A stretch of DNA of 64,000 nt, taken from the NCBI GenBank assembly GCA_001949185.1, contig BDGG01000003.1:2773158-2837157 (forward strand), written 5' to 3'. Position 1 is the first letter of the stretch, and each line of letters opens with the position of its first letter. This stretch comes from Ramazzottius varieornatus. Taxonomy: Eukaryota; Animalia; Tardigrada. The position numbers were made by a program, and so were the translations under genes. Below the pieces are notes generated by a model. That model had not been told where the DNA came from. It saw only the letters and a program-made list of their open reading frames with translations, and searched no databases. This document shows, one piece after another, positions 1-14,620 of the stretch.

Positions 1-40
1 ACAGATTGTTAACTTAGGGATTTTTGCTCTTTTTTCGTAG

Positions 41-328
41 GTTCGGTGATACGGTTAACGTGGCCAGTCGGATGGAGAGCACCGGAGAACCTATGAAAAT
101 ACAAATCACCAACGAATCTAGGGAACTTCTCAACAGCATCGGTAGCTTTGCCATTGTCGAGCGTGGGCCAGTCGCGGTGAAGGTGAGCTGACACTGCGAA
201 CAATCATTTCTGACGTTTCCCCGTAAGGGTGGATTTCACTTGCTCCTTTTGACATTCGTCTGCCGTTATTATAGGGGAAAGGAATCTTGACTACTTTCTG
301 GCTTTTGGGAAAGCTGGGCAGCTTGTAG
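41..328 (+). CDS. 3' end (last two exons, 41-182 and 275-328) of a receptor-type guanylyl cyclase
   Basis: Exons translate [47 protein letters not shown] / GKGILTTFWLLGKLGSL*, the C-terminus of a class III guanylyl cyclase domain. GT-AG intron 183-274. Confidence 0.9.
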
Positions 329-2443
329 AACGCTTGGAAAAAATCTGAATCCGCTCGTGCAGTGGTCGTTATTTCCTTTCGTCCGATTTCCCAAGTCTCT
401 GCATGACGTTTTCAAAGACGTTTTCGGTCGAGCTTTCTCCGAAATTGGTTTTCGCCAGCTCGACGGAGCTGTGCGATGTAGCTAGGTTGATACTTTTAGT
501 ATTTCAAGATAGCACCGTAATGAACAGCAGACTAAACTCCCGACGGTAAGAACATAAAGAAATGGCGGATTAAAGACGATCGAAATGGCACATGACGTCC
601 ACTTTCCGCAGTGACGTCACGGAATAAAGGAATTTTATTGATGATTAATGGTAAACATCGTTCAATTCTGCGCTGCGAGCCTGCATGAAGTTCTCTTAGT
701 TTCTTTACGACCCTAACCATCCCGTTGAGCCCTAAGATTTCTGCCGTCGAGACGCTTTGTTCTGGATCTGGGCTTCTGTGGAAGCCGGGAGTTGGGAAGA
801 GAGTCGACCATGGTTATCGGGCGTCTGCAGAAGGAAGGAGGAATGGTTTTCGTTCAAGCACCGTTTACCGAATGCTTTCTCATGCTCTCGGTCTTCGATC
901 CCTTTATTTTCCTTGCAAGTTCGGACAGCATGGTCAAGTCTTCCGGTGACATAACGGCTCGTAAGGCTCCAGACATGGGCAGAGTTCCACAGTCAGTCTA
1001 CTTTTGTTGTTCACGGTGGAAGGATACTTCCGCATCAACAACCGCAAGCGCTGAGCTCCATTAGAATTTCGAGTACTTCCGTCACTACTTCGTAGGCTTT
1101 TCCTGACCCGTTTACGGATCCCGTGATGTCAGTCACAGCGTTGCCGCTGGCCTAGCAAGTTCGTCAAATTAAGGAGTTTCCCACATCACCGTACGTGGAC
1201 AGTGACACTTCCGGTCGCGCTCATATTTCGTTTAACCACAAGGTACAGTAATTAGCTCCCAGGGCCACTGGGCAGTGAACTTAGGAACGTCTTTTCCAAA
1301 CGGATGGAGTTGCGGAGGAGGAGGAAGTACAACGTGTAATCGTTATTCACGTGATAACAGTTCGATTTCTACGTATCTTTATTACAAGGTCTCAGCGCCT
1401 CCAGATCACGGAAGTGGAAAGTGGATTGTTGGGACCTGGAGGCTGGAGCTCAAGTACAATTACATTTCGCGTTCAAGACGGGACTATACCTCCAGCAAAG
1501 CGAATGAAAGGCTTTTGTGTAGGATGATAACGCAGACGATCCAAGATGGGATGAATTTAACAAGTACGAGGTAGAAGTCATGAGTGTTGCGTATTTTAAT
1601 TTGGCCTATGAGTTTTGCGTAGTTGCGGTTTACGGTGGCAGCACACGTACGTCTTGCAGTCAGCTGCTATAAGCCGTATGACTTTACAAGTCGGCTACGT
1701 GCTGCTTTGCTGCGGCGTACATTGTTATCCATCCTTCCTTCACTGCACGAACAGCATCGTCCATGCTCAACTGCTTGCTAACCTGAGAGGCTGTGAGGAG
1801 TTTGAAGGAAGCCATGTCTAAGGGCCTGGAGTAAGAATTCAGAAGATGATCCTTTATGAAATTTGGCCTCGCGGTATCAGCTGGCAGCTGTCTACTGCTA
1901 TGCGCCGGAAGTACGTCATGTAAGCCGCATACCAGCGCTATACAAGTTATGGCTTCGTTTAGACTCAAAAACCAGCTTCGTGACGCGTATCCGCGGCTGA
2001 CGTAGAAGTCATTGCTTCATCGAAAACTGCTACTTGAGCGCCTCTGGCGGCCTTGATACTTTTGAATTCGTAGGCTCTTTAACATGGGAGCAACCCTCCT
2101 TCCGGTCGAGCATCGTATATCTGAACTACCGGCTCCCAAACGTTTGATACCGTAATAGCGAGGGAGACCATGAATGATTGTACCATTCTATCCAGAAACA
2201 ACGTTTGATCTGCCACTGGTTATTTTTGTATGAATTACAGAACTCATGACCCAAAAATAAATACGCAAAACTCATGCCCTCTACCTCGTAAGGCAGACAG
2301 TGGAGAACCTGATCCACCTTCATCACGCATTGCTGGTTGTGAATGTCTTTCAATCAATGCTTTTGGATTAGACTTTGACGCGACCATTGCTGGAAACACA
2401 AGCCAGCTTCTGCACCATATTTCTTCCAAGCATAGTTTTTGTG

Positions 2444-5400
2444 ATGGCGCTGTATTTTGCCGTTAAATGTGCGCGGACCCTTTCGCGAAGAAGGAAGGCT
2501 TGGCGTCCAGGAACGAGCACATTAACCTGACGGTCTGCTGGATCTTGGAGGGGGACTCGTACTACTCCTCGTATGCCCGTACGGCTGCCGCTGTAGACCT
2601 GGCAATTACCCATTCCAACCGCTTCATCCTGCCCGAGAACGTCCAGCTGCAGTTGGTCTACCAGAACGCAGGACCATCCTGTTCGGACAAACAGTACTCG
2701 ATCATCTCAAACGTCCTTCAGCTTATGCGGAGCGGTGTGGACTGTAACGTCTTCCTCGGTGTCGGTAAGCACATTCTTGTACATTTCTTTCAAACCGTAC
2801 CATTGTCCATGGCCAGCAGCTGCGATCCAGTTAACTTTTTCTTGCCAAGGATGTCCGAGTACGGCAGTGGCACTGTACTGAATCGCGGAGAACTTAAACA
2901 TCCCAAGTAAGCCTGATTTTCGTACATGCTGTACTTTGGTGAAACTGAGGCTGTGGGTTTTCGAAACAAGTTTGGGTACTGGGCAAACGAATCGACAAAA
3001 TCCCTTCTCCAAGTGGTCCAAACTTCCAGCCAACAACAATCAAACAGTGTCCCACTTGAGACGACCATCTGGTTCGGTTCATTTGCCGCGGCTGTCTTAT
3101 TAGGCTAATAAGTCAAAGCTTGAAATCTTTTTAATAATATCGCTGAATATTACTGAATGTGTCTCGCATTTCATTGTAGTACTCGGGTGCCCTGCGACAG
3201 GGACGCCAGCCTTGATGCTGAAACCGACGGCGTTGTCAACGAATTTGCCGCTGTCGATCCAGACAAGTTTTGGTTCGGCAGACGTCAAGCACTTTTGCTT
3301 CTCGTTTCTCCATCAGAATAACTACAGTCATGCCGCGATATTGCACGACGATTCGTACACTTTCTTTTCGCTGATGTCGAAGTTCTTCACTTTGCCAGTG
3401 AGATATGGAGACGCCGATCTTGTGATGGTCTTTAAGGAGTTTCCGTTCTTCAGCGACAAAGCAGGTAACGGGACATACCGGCGAATGCTTCTGGACGCTA
3501 GCAATGTGGCACGAGGTACCTCACCGTTCCTTGATCCAGCCTTTGTTTCGTACAAGACTATAAAGTCCGATTGAATTTTAGTTCAGTGATCCTCATATTC
3601 GGACACGCGGTCGCTGTCAGGAAAACTATGATGTGTAAGCCCGAAGCGTTCATGCGATGCTTTGCCGGTTTTTCGGTCTGAATAGTCCTTTTTTCATATC
3701 ATCATACAGTACAGTATATAAATGAATCGTCTCCCGTCTGATAACAGTGGGTACTGGGGAATAATTACAGCGTCTTTTGTGTTTTAGATTGCAGCGTATT
3801 GGTTGGGCTTCACAAAGGGGGATTACGTTAGTGTCTAAGAACTCGACCTCTCAAATAGAACGTTCAGCGATACGTCTTATTGACGAGCCTGCTATCGTCG
3901 ATATGTATTATTCACAGGTTTTTATGGCGCTGGAACTGTTCCCGCTAATTTACCGGGGAAGCATCAAATACAACGACGCTGATCAGGTCAATGATGTAAG
4001 AAGCCTCATCCAACAGAGTTTTATACGTTGCTAGCTGGAAAATTCATGATCGGATTAAAGGGAATGGTAGATAAAGGAAACATTATCTGGGTACTTGGCA
4101 AAGTTTCACACCCTCTCATCTCCTGTTTCGCCACATTCCGGGGTGTGAAAGTTGCGGAAACGTGATACTTGGCCCTTGTGATCCAAGTCTCGAAAAATAT
4201 TCAAGTACTGTACAATACATTGTGATTCGAACTCATTTGCCTCGTGAAAGGAGATCGAGCTCTTCGGAGTTTTTTTCAGAAACAACGCAAAGTAAACAGC
4301 GCGACAGCAATTACTTCCAGCGCCGTGCTGGACTTAGATCTACGTGCTCAATGTTTGCTAGATTTGTTGTCTCAGCTAGACAAATCAGCAAGTTGGCACA
4401 ATTTGCGGACTATTTTGTATTGAAAAGTCCACACCCGAACGGCGCGGATCAGGGTTTTCTAATTCCATGATCTCGGCACTCATTTCTCAACACCTGATCC
4501 ATTACCCGTGATGTGGGGGGGGGGGGCTATTACACTAAAAACCGTGATCCATCTACCGAATCATGACACGTACAATAGCCCACATCCCAGATCGAGTTCT
4601 GGGGGAGACGTGGTAAGTATCACGAGCCATAATGCTCACTTGCCCAGTACCCATCTCATTACAAGCAGAAACAGTATCCAAATGTTGACTAAATTTGTCC
4701 GATTCAAAACTGGCTTGGGAAATGTGTTACAATTCCTCATTTTACGTGTTAACGAACTCACATCTTCCCGCAGGAAGCTCGTCAAGCCTTCCGGTCGCTG
4801 ATCATGGCTAAACGAAAACCACCTGTCGACATCGATACTGATAGCTTCGCTAACAAAGTCAAGTACCTGGCCAGGGAGAAGTATAATTACACGTTCCGAC
4901 CTTTGGAAGACGTAAGTAATTCGGAGGTCGGCAAACAAAAACGGACAGAGTTGTTGGCTTGAGTGGCGCGGGGTTCCATTTTTAATGGCTGGAACAGTGC
5001 GCCACTTGATATAACGATCTTGTACGTTTCGTTATATTAAACACCCTACTAAATAGTATTATTCATCAGCGATTTGATTTGCAGATGGACCCGACCATCA
5101 CGGCGCATTACGAGTCCGTCACGGTCTACGCTCAAGACATCGCAAAGATGGTGACTAGTGAGTCCTACTCGGACTTCCAGGGGAACGTCGTGGCGGACCG
5201 TATCAAACAGAGCTCCGATTACGAGGGCGTCAGTGGTACACTCCACATCGGGGGAGACGGAGAACGTGATATCGATATGGGGCTACGAGGCTTCAAGTGG
5301 GAAGAAGGGAAATTTCAGGTCTGTAATTTCTATTCGACATGTTGGCTAATACAAATATGTCGCCTAAGGCTTGCCGTTGGTAACGTTGTAATAAGATGGA

Positions 5401-7232
5401 AGTAATCTTCTTCTAGCTGAAGTCCATCCCATCTACGAACCTACACAAGTTTATCGGAATGGGCATGACTGACAGAGGTGTCTGTGAGCACATAATCTAC
5501 GAGGTCTGTTCCAAGGGAACCATGACGGATATTCTGCACAACGAAATGATCAAGCTGGACTGGAGTTTCAAGAATAGCCTCATAAAAGACATTGTGTTTG
5601 TAAGTCAAGACACGTTGTGAAACTTGCCTTTCCCCTCTTCGTTAGGAGTTTCGGTGTTTTCTGACATGTCCCCTTGGACATTTTTAGGGTATGACGTACC
5701 TGTACGCGACGCCCATCTTGTCGCACGGTTTCCTGAATTCCCACACATGTCTCATCGACAGTCGGTTCTCAGTGTAGATCTCTGATTTTGGTCGTCCCTT
5801 TTTTCGAGACCGCGCAGAACTCTAACCACTGAAACCTTCGGACAAGGAGCGGTCATTCGACCTGCTACTTTGGAGAGCTCCCGAGCTCTTACGCCAAGTC
5901 ATGCCACCAGAAGGCACCCGGGTACCAAGTCTGTCACTCATCGAGCACGCATCGGCCTCTGAGTACATCCCAATAGAGCGACCAACCTTTCCAAAGATAA
6001 AAGACAGGCTCAAGAAAGTCATCGGTGACGAGGGCGATAATATCGTTGACTTGCTGTTTTCACGAATGGAACAATATGCCCTCGACCTGGAACAAAAGGT
6101 GGCGGAGAAGACCCAGCAGTCCATGGACGAGAAAGTGCGGTCCGAACTACTCTTGAGCCAACTCCTACCGAAGTAAGCAACGGCCAACAAGCCTATTAAC
6201 TGCGTAATTGAACTTGATACATTGTACGCCTTAAGTATGTTCTATAGGCCAGTTGCGGCGGCTCTGACTCGGGGCGAACGTGTGGACCCGGGAACCTTCG
6301 ACAGCGTCACAATCTACTTCTCCGATATCGTTGGATGGATATCCAACCTTCCATGGACGTCGTTAGTTTACTCAATGGTCTTTACACGTTCTTTGACAGT
6401 ATTCTAGAAAAGTACCACGTGTACAAAGTGGAAACAATCGGCGATGCCTTCATGGTAGGAAACAAGGTTTCAACTCATTTCAAATTCAACGGTGAGGCGC
6501 CACAGTGGTTTTTGCATGCAGTTGTTCCGCCTTTTAGGTATCATCTGGTTTGCCGATCAGAAATGGTAATCGCCATGCTGCGGAAATTGGTTCACATGTC
6601 CATCCAGCTGATCAAAGAAATCAGGCTGTTCGTCGTTCCAAACAAGCCAAACGCAACAGTCGAGATTCGTGTCGGGATAAATTCGGGTAGGTCAACGCGA
6701 GAACATGACACCTTCTATCGAGGCCGAATTTTTGAGCGGCTCATGCGTACTGTATCGACATTCTTATCCTTCTTGTAGGAAGCTGTGTCGCGGGTAAGCA
6801 CTGTCGCCCGATTTTGCATGTTTCCGGACCGTTGATACCGAGCCGAATCTTATCGATTTTCATCTTTTCATTAGGGATCGTAGGAATGAAGATGCCAAGG
6901 TAATGTACCTATGAAGACGTTCTTCCGGTCACGAGCACGAATTCGCGCCAAATGTTTTTCTGTTGAGGCAAAGGTATTGCCTATTTGGCGACACCGTTAA
7001 CGTGGCAAGTCGTATGGAAAGTACGGGAGAACCCATGAAGATCCAAATTAGCAATGAGACCGGGCAGCTGCTTCAGAGTCTCGGAGGGATCGTGACCATC
7101 GAACGGGGACCCGTCGCAATAAAGGTGTCCACGATTTACTCTAGGTCTTTGAGAGTTCCAGAGAAACGACGTTCATCGTTCTAGGGCAAAGGAACAATGA
7201 CCATGTACTGGCTTCTGGAGACGGGACTCTAA
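2444..7232 (+). pseudogene. Receptor guanylyl cyclase (NPR/ANF-receptor type) pseudogene, tandem paralog of the upstream gene
   Basis: ANF-receptor ectodomain exons (AAAVDLAI...), kinase-homology domain (KLDWSFKNSLIKDI, SHGFLNSHTCLIDSRF, LLWRAPELLR), dimer helix (RMEQYALDLE), cyclase ([39 protein letters not shown]). Lesions: in-frame TAG 5775-5777 and TAA 5823-5825, frameshifting deletion after SDIVG (~6335), signal-peptide-like segment out of frame, no transmembrane exon found. Confidence 0.85.
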
Positions 7233-8047
7233 CTGGGCATATGGCCGGGACGTTTTCCGCAAAGTTGATGACGTTTTCCGGAGTTTCCTGCTTGAATCGC
7301 GCCAAGTGTTTCACCGTTTTTTATCTCTTACTGGATATCGGCAGGTTTCGTCTTTGACATTAACCACCATTCTTTCAGTGTGAAAGGTTAGACTTAACTA
7401 TGGTGACCGCTGTCCACTTGCTCTTCCTTCTCTCTGGAGGGGGACGATAACAATAGAAATTCTACGTTCAAACTCGTTTGGGTGACTCACCCAGATTATG
7501 AAACTGTAAGCTCAGCGGGAATTTGAAAGGAAGGAGTGAAGAAGCCAGCCTGTCTGTCACCGTCGCCCACAGAATATTTCGCTTGCCATTGTTCCAAGGA
7601 CAAAAGTGTATGGGAGGCTGACCAGGGAGACACCTGCAGGATGAACAACAGCGCGAAGCAAGCAGACAGGATGTGTCATTTTATTGTATGACATCAACTG
7701 TTCTGTATGTCCTTACATGACATGATGGCTAGGGCTGGCCCAAGGGCTGGCCCAAAGGCTGTCCGCTCCATTCCACCGGGCAAATGAGAAGTTGCTGTCC
7801 ACCAGATGGGCAATGACGGTTGGCCATGTTCGTTCGACAAAGGAATGAAAGGAAACCGAAAGATCGCTTGGCTTGGCTGCCGCTGCGTCGCGTCGTATAA
7901 AGAGGCTGCTGTCCACACTTTCGCCATTTCCAATCATCCACATCCGTAGCTGTTCCTGTTGCCTTCCTGTTTCACATTTTTGCTCTTTTACTGTTCTCTT
8001 AACTTTACTAGGGAGTTCCGTGTTGCAGGTTTCGTCGCTGGTGGAAG

Positions 8048-11000
8048 ATGACAGCTCGGACGTCGCGTCTACCTGTTTACGGTTGTGACCCAATCTCCAA
8101 GTACGAGCGCGATCGTTCACGCTCCCTTTCCGGACGAGAACGAGATACTCCATCCCAATGTCTCTACGCCATCATCCACGGGGATCTCGGGTAAGCGCTC
8201 TGTACCTATTCCCGCTGGTGTACAATTTTGAAAGAACTTGGTAAGAAGGGAAAGAAACCGAGTTTGAGCTGAAATCGATTAATAAGAAAGGTGAGAAAGC
8301 TGCGCGTGACGTCATATCTTTATCATTTTTTAGCCTGTAAATACAGACGTCAAATTTCGACTTTTCGGATCGTCATGTGTGCATCTGGTGGGGGATATGG
8401 TCTTATTGTTTTATTGCGGTGTAAGAGCGATAATAATAGTCTCGTCTGAATTTTGAATCGTTTCGCTCTTGAAAAAGCCTACGCAACCGAACAATGATCT
8501 GTTACGGACCTATGGACTGTAAACTCAGAAGTGGTCGAATGAGGCAGTGAAACAAAGGAAAAATAGACGGCATGGATGGTATTGCCCATCTGTGCCCAGA
8601 ACCTGTTTTGCTCGGCTAAAACGGCACCTGTCCATCCTTCACATGGCCATCTGCTCTCTTTCACACGATCACTTCCTGACGCTGCCGTAGTATATGCCCT
8701 GGACTGCGGACGTCACACTATTGCCCATCGCTTTCAGTGAGAAGATGTCGGTCGGAATATCGAACGAATTAGAAATTTGTGGAAAATGAACAAACCGCGG
8801 AATTGTTATCGCCGCAGCTCGCGATGAGATTTCTCTAGGAGTCAGGGATTATTGACTGATGGTTTCAGAGTGCCGGCTATAATTTTCCACCTGTTTGAAA
8901 TTATTCCTGTGCTTGAATGAATTTGTTTCACGAAATGTTTCACGACCCAGAAATATCCCAAAATCCTTTTTCATTGCGAAATGTGCTACCCGTAATGACA
9001 TTTTTCGCAGATGATTCCTGGCTTATCAGTTGTTTCTATTAGCATCGCACAGAAGGAAGGAGAGCAAAGTGACTGATAAGGAAAGCGGCAGTCCGTCCGG
9101 TCTCCGTTGGCTCTTTGTCGAATTCTGCTCTTATTATAGCACGTGCGCCGAAGCGACTAAAGGCTAATCTCTCTGTCGCTCTTTCGGATGCCATTCTGTC
9201 ATATTTCCATCTTTTGTTCTCATTACAGCACGGTGAGCAAGCTGCTGGAGGAGAGAAAAGTCCAGCCGAACGACTTCATCGGCGGAGTGACGTACATGCA
9301 CGTCGCGGCCGGAGCTAAGCCCAAAGACCGCGCCACTTCATCCAGGCTCATTCTAGAGAAGCTCCTGCAGTATGGTGGGAACCCCGACATTCGGTAAGCT
9401 CGTTGTGACATTTGCCACATTGGTCACCCTCATTCCCAACTTCCGCCGAAGGAGGTGGAATTTCTCACGGAAGCAAAGAGTGCTTTAATTTGCGGTTTCT
9501 CTTTGTAGTGCCGACGGGCAAACGCCCATCCACGTTGCCTGCACCAACGACAACGAGCCGCATCTGCGGACTCTCATTGAAGCCGGCGGCAACGTGGACC
9601 TGACAGACCACCGAGGAATGAGCGCGCTGACACTGGCGAGGATGTACAGCAGTAACTGCGAGGCTGTACTGGAAGACGTCATCGCCAAACGAGAGAAGAG
9701 AACCGAACGCCGAAACTCGGGTAAATTTTCATGTCGAATAGTTCTTAGGCGCATTCAGTTCGTCATTTTGGATACGCATAAGAATAATCTTTCCTAATGA
9801 ATTTTTTAATCCTTTTTTAATCTGCGCGACAAACAATCTCTAAAACAGCGATTCCCCAAGTGGCGCACGCTTTCAGTCTTATTGGCTGTCAGCATGCGCC
9901 ACTTGGAAAATCGATCCTGTTCGCCGAGCTCCCAGGTTTGGATGAGCTTACGTACGTTACTGAATGTCTTTCCACGATATTTGCTGAATGACTTTGTGTG
10001 GATATTTCAGGTGGACTGTATCCGTCGCTGGTGGAGGAGCTGTCGGGAAAGCTCAGTCGTCAAACCTCGGCATCGTCGGTGGCGTCAGAATACCATTCCT
10101 GCGTCGATCGCAGTTCTCCACCACCTCAAGTTCCAGATATCTCTTCGTACGCTTACGAGAAGCGCGGAACCGACAGGAGTACTTCAAGGACGCGTTCCAG
10201 CTCCAGGGGTCGCACAGTCGTCTTTGAGGAACCTGTTCGTCATCTGTCGCCTCCTACACCAAAGACGGCCTTCACACGCCGCTCGACCTCCGGTTAGTCT
10301 TCGCATCGCGTTGTTCAACACACCTCTATTTCGACGATAACTGATAGAAGGGTTCAAGGGGCGAGATTTTTTCCTAAACTGCATCTTATTTCCAGGTTCA
10401 CGTGATGTACCAACAACTTCCCGACCCTATCACGACTCGACGTCAGACGATGAAATGCAGAAGTGGTTCGCCTCTCGGGATAACAGCAGGACACGATACT
10501 CTAAGGGAAAGCCACGGCACGGTCTGGAGGAGTTCGATCCTGTAAGTGCTGCTTAGTGCACAGAGACTTCGTTTCGTGTTATTTTTTCTGGCGATATGTC
10601 TGACTTTGTTGCTATTATTTACAGAACAATCGTCAGAAGGCGAAGGAGTTCCTGGACATGAGTTTATCGCGGCTTGCCAAGTCGGCTATTGCCACGGAGC
10701 CGAAGACTCGCCAGTATCGTCGAGCTTCTGGAAAAGAGAACGAAGTGCCTCCAGCAGTTCCAGAAGACGCGAACTATGCCTCGATGACGGACAGCGGCCT
10801 TCGCAGGGAGCTCCGTCGACTGGGCGAGAACGTCGGACCTTTCGAGACCAGTTACGAACGTGCTGGATATATCAAGCGTTTAATCAAGCTGAAGAAAGAA
10901 GAAGCCGAAGGTGAGAGCTGTACTCCTTTCCAAAGTTTGGTAGCGCGGCAAACGAGCTCGACAAGATTGTTTTCGCAAGTGGCGCATGTTTCCTGTGCGC

Positions 11001-12098
11001 CACTTGGAAAAACGATCTTTCGGGCTTCCGTACCCATTCCAGCAAATTGTCTCTGGCTGGTATTCAACTGCGAACGGTTCTTCCCTAGCTAAAACTGCTC
11101 TCATTTTCAAGGTGGCATCGATCGGAGCAGCATGGCGGAGATGGCTTTCTGCCGGGAGTTGGATCAGCTAGCTGAGGGTCGATACGACCAGGCGTACCTG
11201 GACAATGTCGAGAGCCTCTTGTCAGCCAGCTTCCAAGCTCCGGATGACGAGAAGAAGTCCTTCGTCTACTTGCTACTAGATCCTCAGATCAGCAAAAACC
11301 TCCCCCACCTGTTCCGTTCGGCCAAGAACCCCAACATGGACCTCTTCTTCAAGCTCTTCCTGCGAGCCATCTTCTACGTCGGCAAAGCCTCCAAGGCGGA
11401 ACGGCCCAAATCTCATCTGGTCGATGCCAAGAGAATCTACCGAACCTCACAGCGTCAAAGGGTGAGTAAAGACATACTTCAAACTTTCGAAGATTCGATT
11501 TTGGAAATGTCATAAATTTTCTACTGTATTTTCAGGCTTCGCAGAAGATTCGCCGGATATGTGCGATCTGGGATGGCGACTATGGCGTCGTTCTCCTCAC
11601 CACACCAACTCTGGCTCTATTCAAGCTTCCATCCCCTTTCATGTCTGAACAGGAGGCCTGTACGCGAGAAGCCCTCCTGATCGACGTTCTAGGTCAGCCT
11701 TTCCGAAAACTAAGCTTCGTAGCTAGAAAGGAAGCCAAGGTTGGCTGACAGAATTGCTCCGTTTGTCATCCACCTGCATACTCGTTCACTGATTCATTCA
11801 TCAATTGGCGTATGCAGGTAGATCAAATGTGGCGCATTTTGTTTGTTGGGTTTTTGATCGGCGGGCCATAATATTTTAGCTCTGTCTGGAGCATCTGTTG
11901 CTTACCTGGACTGTTATATCGTATGCAGGTTTCGGGCCGAATGGGAAGTTGACGAACGAGAAGCATGGCACTGTATACGGTGAAATGGCAAAATGGAGTA
12001 GCAGCCAACGACGCCTCTTGGCAAGTTACCTGCTGAGGAGTGCGTTCAACGATTACATCAATGGTACAGAGAAGCAGGTATTCCCGGACCAAGTTTGA
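8048..12098 (+). CDS. ANKLE1: Ankyrin repeat, LEM domain and GIY-YIG endonuclease (ANKLE1/LEM-3 ortholog)
   Basis: Exon 1 8048-8190 splices in phase to 9229. Ankyrin motifs (TYMHVAAG, GQTPIHVAC, GMSALTLA), LEM domain (MTDSGLRRELRRLGENVGP...YIKRLIKL), GIY-YIG motifs FVYLLLDP, IFYVGK, ERPKSHL, EACTREA, LTNEKHG. Confidence 0.92.
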
Positions 12099-12504
12099 AG
12101 AGCTAGTCACTTCCTCGTTTTCTCGTGCCACAACCTACGGTTTTGCAATTTCATAATTTTTAGCCTTTAGTTTTTTCTAGTCTACAATACGAGTCTGAGA
12201 TTTAGTTCTTTTCGACAGTTTACACTCGTCCGAGTTTCCTTAGTTTTTTCTTCGTTGACAACAAACGTTCTGTTTGCTTTACGTTTTGCTTCAAGCACGT
12301 TTTTGTCTTACAATTTATATCCCATAGAGCGACTTTTCATTTTATCCTTTTCTACGATAGTCTTAGTCTCGTTCTACCGAACTGTCTCATCAGACTTTGT
12401 TTACATTGGTGCTTCCTAGTTTTGCAGACGTCACGCCGTCCTTTTTGGCCCGACTATAATCTTTCTGTAAATTATCATTCATACTTCCGGAGAAACTTCT
12501 CACT

Positions 12505-13807
12505 TCACAGGACTTTATAGCGATCGTAATTACCGGTACGATGATGATGATTTCGCTCGTACACCCTCGCCATCGTTTTCTGATAGTCCGCATCAACCTG
12601 GTAAGAATCACAACGCGGACTAGACCTAGAAGGGTTCGTCTCGTACTTGGAAGAAAACGAAGATTTAAAATCAGAGCTCCCCCACGGTTTCCTATGTTCT
12701 GAATCTGGTACACTAAAATCTCGACTCTTATACGGATCAGCGGAAGAATTGATAAAGCTTTGCGATGAAGATCGGAACTCTGATTTCGCCGCTGTTGACC
12801 ACTGATTGCTCGTTGTGCGAGGCCTTGCATCTGTCTTCAACTTTGTCGAGCCTGAAAGTTTACGTAAGATGTAACATGAGCTTGTAAGAAATACAGTAAC
12901 GGCAAAATACCTTTGTAGTTCGAGGAAGAACTTGAGGGGATGACGCTCGGAATATGCTCGGATGGAATAGTTTGGCGTGGGACGATGTTGATAGTTGGTA
13001 TTGAGTGATAAGAACCACGATTCCGAAGGAAGTGAGAAGGGACTCTGGTACCGTTCAGACTTTCCTTGCTGGAAGACTGCTTAGGAGAAACAACATCCCG
13101 ACTGTATGCTCCAAGAAGCGGACCGGACCGCGTGGTACTCGCTATTCCACCCGTACCGTATCTCGCCAAGGCTGGACTTGAGGCACGCTCCGCATGGTTC
13201 GATGCCCTGGATGAAGGCTGGATGAAGGATGAGGAGCTCGAGTAGCTGGTCGTATAGCTGTGCGATGATGTGGTGGGCCGGGCAAGCTTGACTGGATCCG
13301 GGGAGCAGAACTTCCGGGAAGGCAAAAGGACTTTGGGCGGTGGAGTATCGTAGTTTTTCCGGTCTTCTATCGTAGAGGAAGAACGCGGTGAGATCTTCGA
13401 CGTTGGTGGCCTGCTTCTGGACCGTGAGTCGGAAGGACAGCAGCTGTGGCAACCGAGCGAGGAAGTTGAGCTTTTGGCGGAGATGTCGGCTGGGTCGTCG
13501 GAGAACCGCAGTCCCAAGTCTGTCCATCTTCCGGGTACGGTAAGGTTGAAGACGCGGGATAACTGGACAGCTGCGCCGTATTCACCGTCCCACAATCTGT
13601 TGCAAACAAACAACTGTCCGTCGTTTCACTCAACGCCTTACAAAGTCCGACATACCGTTCCACTAAATTAGCCACATGTTGATAGCGCTCTTCGGATTGC
13701 TGGATTCTGAAACGTGCTTCTTTGAGGTCGGTTTCCAGCTCATTAACCCGTACAGCAAAGGTGGCGTCCCCGGCTGCCGACGATCGATACAGCTTCGAAG
13801 TCGACAT
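12505..13807 (-). CDS. Uncharacterised protein: N-terminal coiled coil, long Ser/Pro/Arg-rich disordered tail
   Basis: Three overlapping ORFs joined by canonical introns, e.g. GTATGT...TTGCAACAG (~13654-13597) giving ...NLVER|LWDGEYG. VNELETDLKEARFRIQQSEERY has coiled-coil character. Confidence 0.65.
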
Positions 13808-14620
13808 TCCCTCTTTCCGCGTTCACAGTTGTCGGACGGAAAAGAAAAGCAAACATCCGCAATCAGTACTTCAACAAAACTCAGCCGGAGCTTCAGTCTG
13901 GAGAGAGTTGTTCCTATAATTATGTTTGGGAACTGGCAGAGCCGTCATAGAAACGCCAATTAACAGGTGGCGGTGGCGCTTTTGCCGCCACTGCGTACCT
14001 TTGCTTGTGCGCAACCTTTCGCTCCTCCCAAGTGCGTGCAACAGGTGCAAATCGAGTGCTCCAATCAAGTCATCGGTCCACTGACTGAGGATAACAGCGC
14101 ATCGCAATCTCGGTATTGTTCTTTGTTGTTAGTCTGAAAAGATTTTCCATGGCGCAATCTTTTGTTCCGGGTTGCTCACCGTCAGTAGAACTCCGAAGTT
14201 AGCTGCATGGGACCTGTTTGATACTACCGTAACTTACCTGAATACGTATCGTGAGGGACGTGCACGTCTCGAGAGCGAGCTTCAATTCTGTCGCCGACAT
14301 CCTGCAGCCTAAATTGTCGCATATACTTATCCGGACGCGTCTTTGTCGAGGAAGAGGAACACAGAACCAGCAGACAGGTTTGCTGAAGCGACATGAAGTC
14401 TGGCCTTCTTCCTGTTTGACCCAAGGGTTTGTCTTTATGTAGGTAATTGGACAGTCGTTTGAAACCTCGCTATTGTAAGCTCTATTGTAAGTTTTTTTCC
14501 AGTCAGTAGTCGAACTCGTTAGTTGCGAACTTTGCTCGTCCGCTCATTTGAACTTTCTTCTTGAAACAGAAGGCTTTCGCTGTAGTACTATCTATCGCCC
14601 AACCGTCACAAGTCCCAACC

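Noticed and set aside
30-60. Upstream GC exon begins at FGDTV, apparently lacking YCL
   Set aside because: The preceding exon is outside the window, so a different intron position cannot be excluded.
11567-13596. IWDGDYG in ANKLE1 resembles LWDGEYG in the convergent neighbour
   Set aside because: Only seven residues match and flanks are dissimilar; likely coincidence.
13367-13613. Overlapping minus-strand ORFs suggesting programmed frameshifting
   Set aside because: A canonical ~58-nt GT-AG intron explains the frame change.
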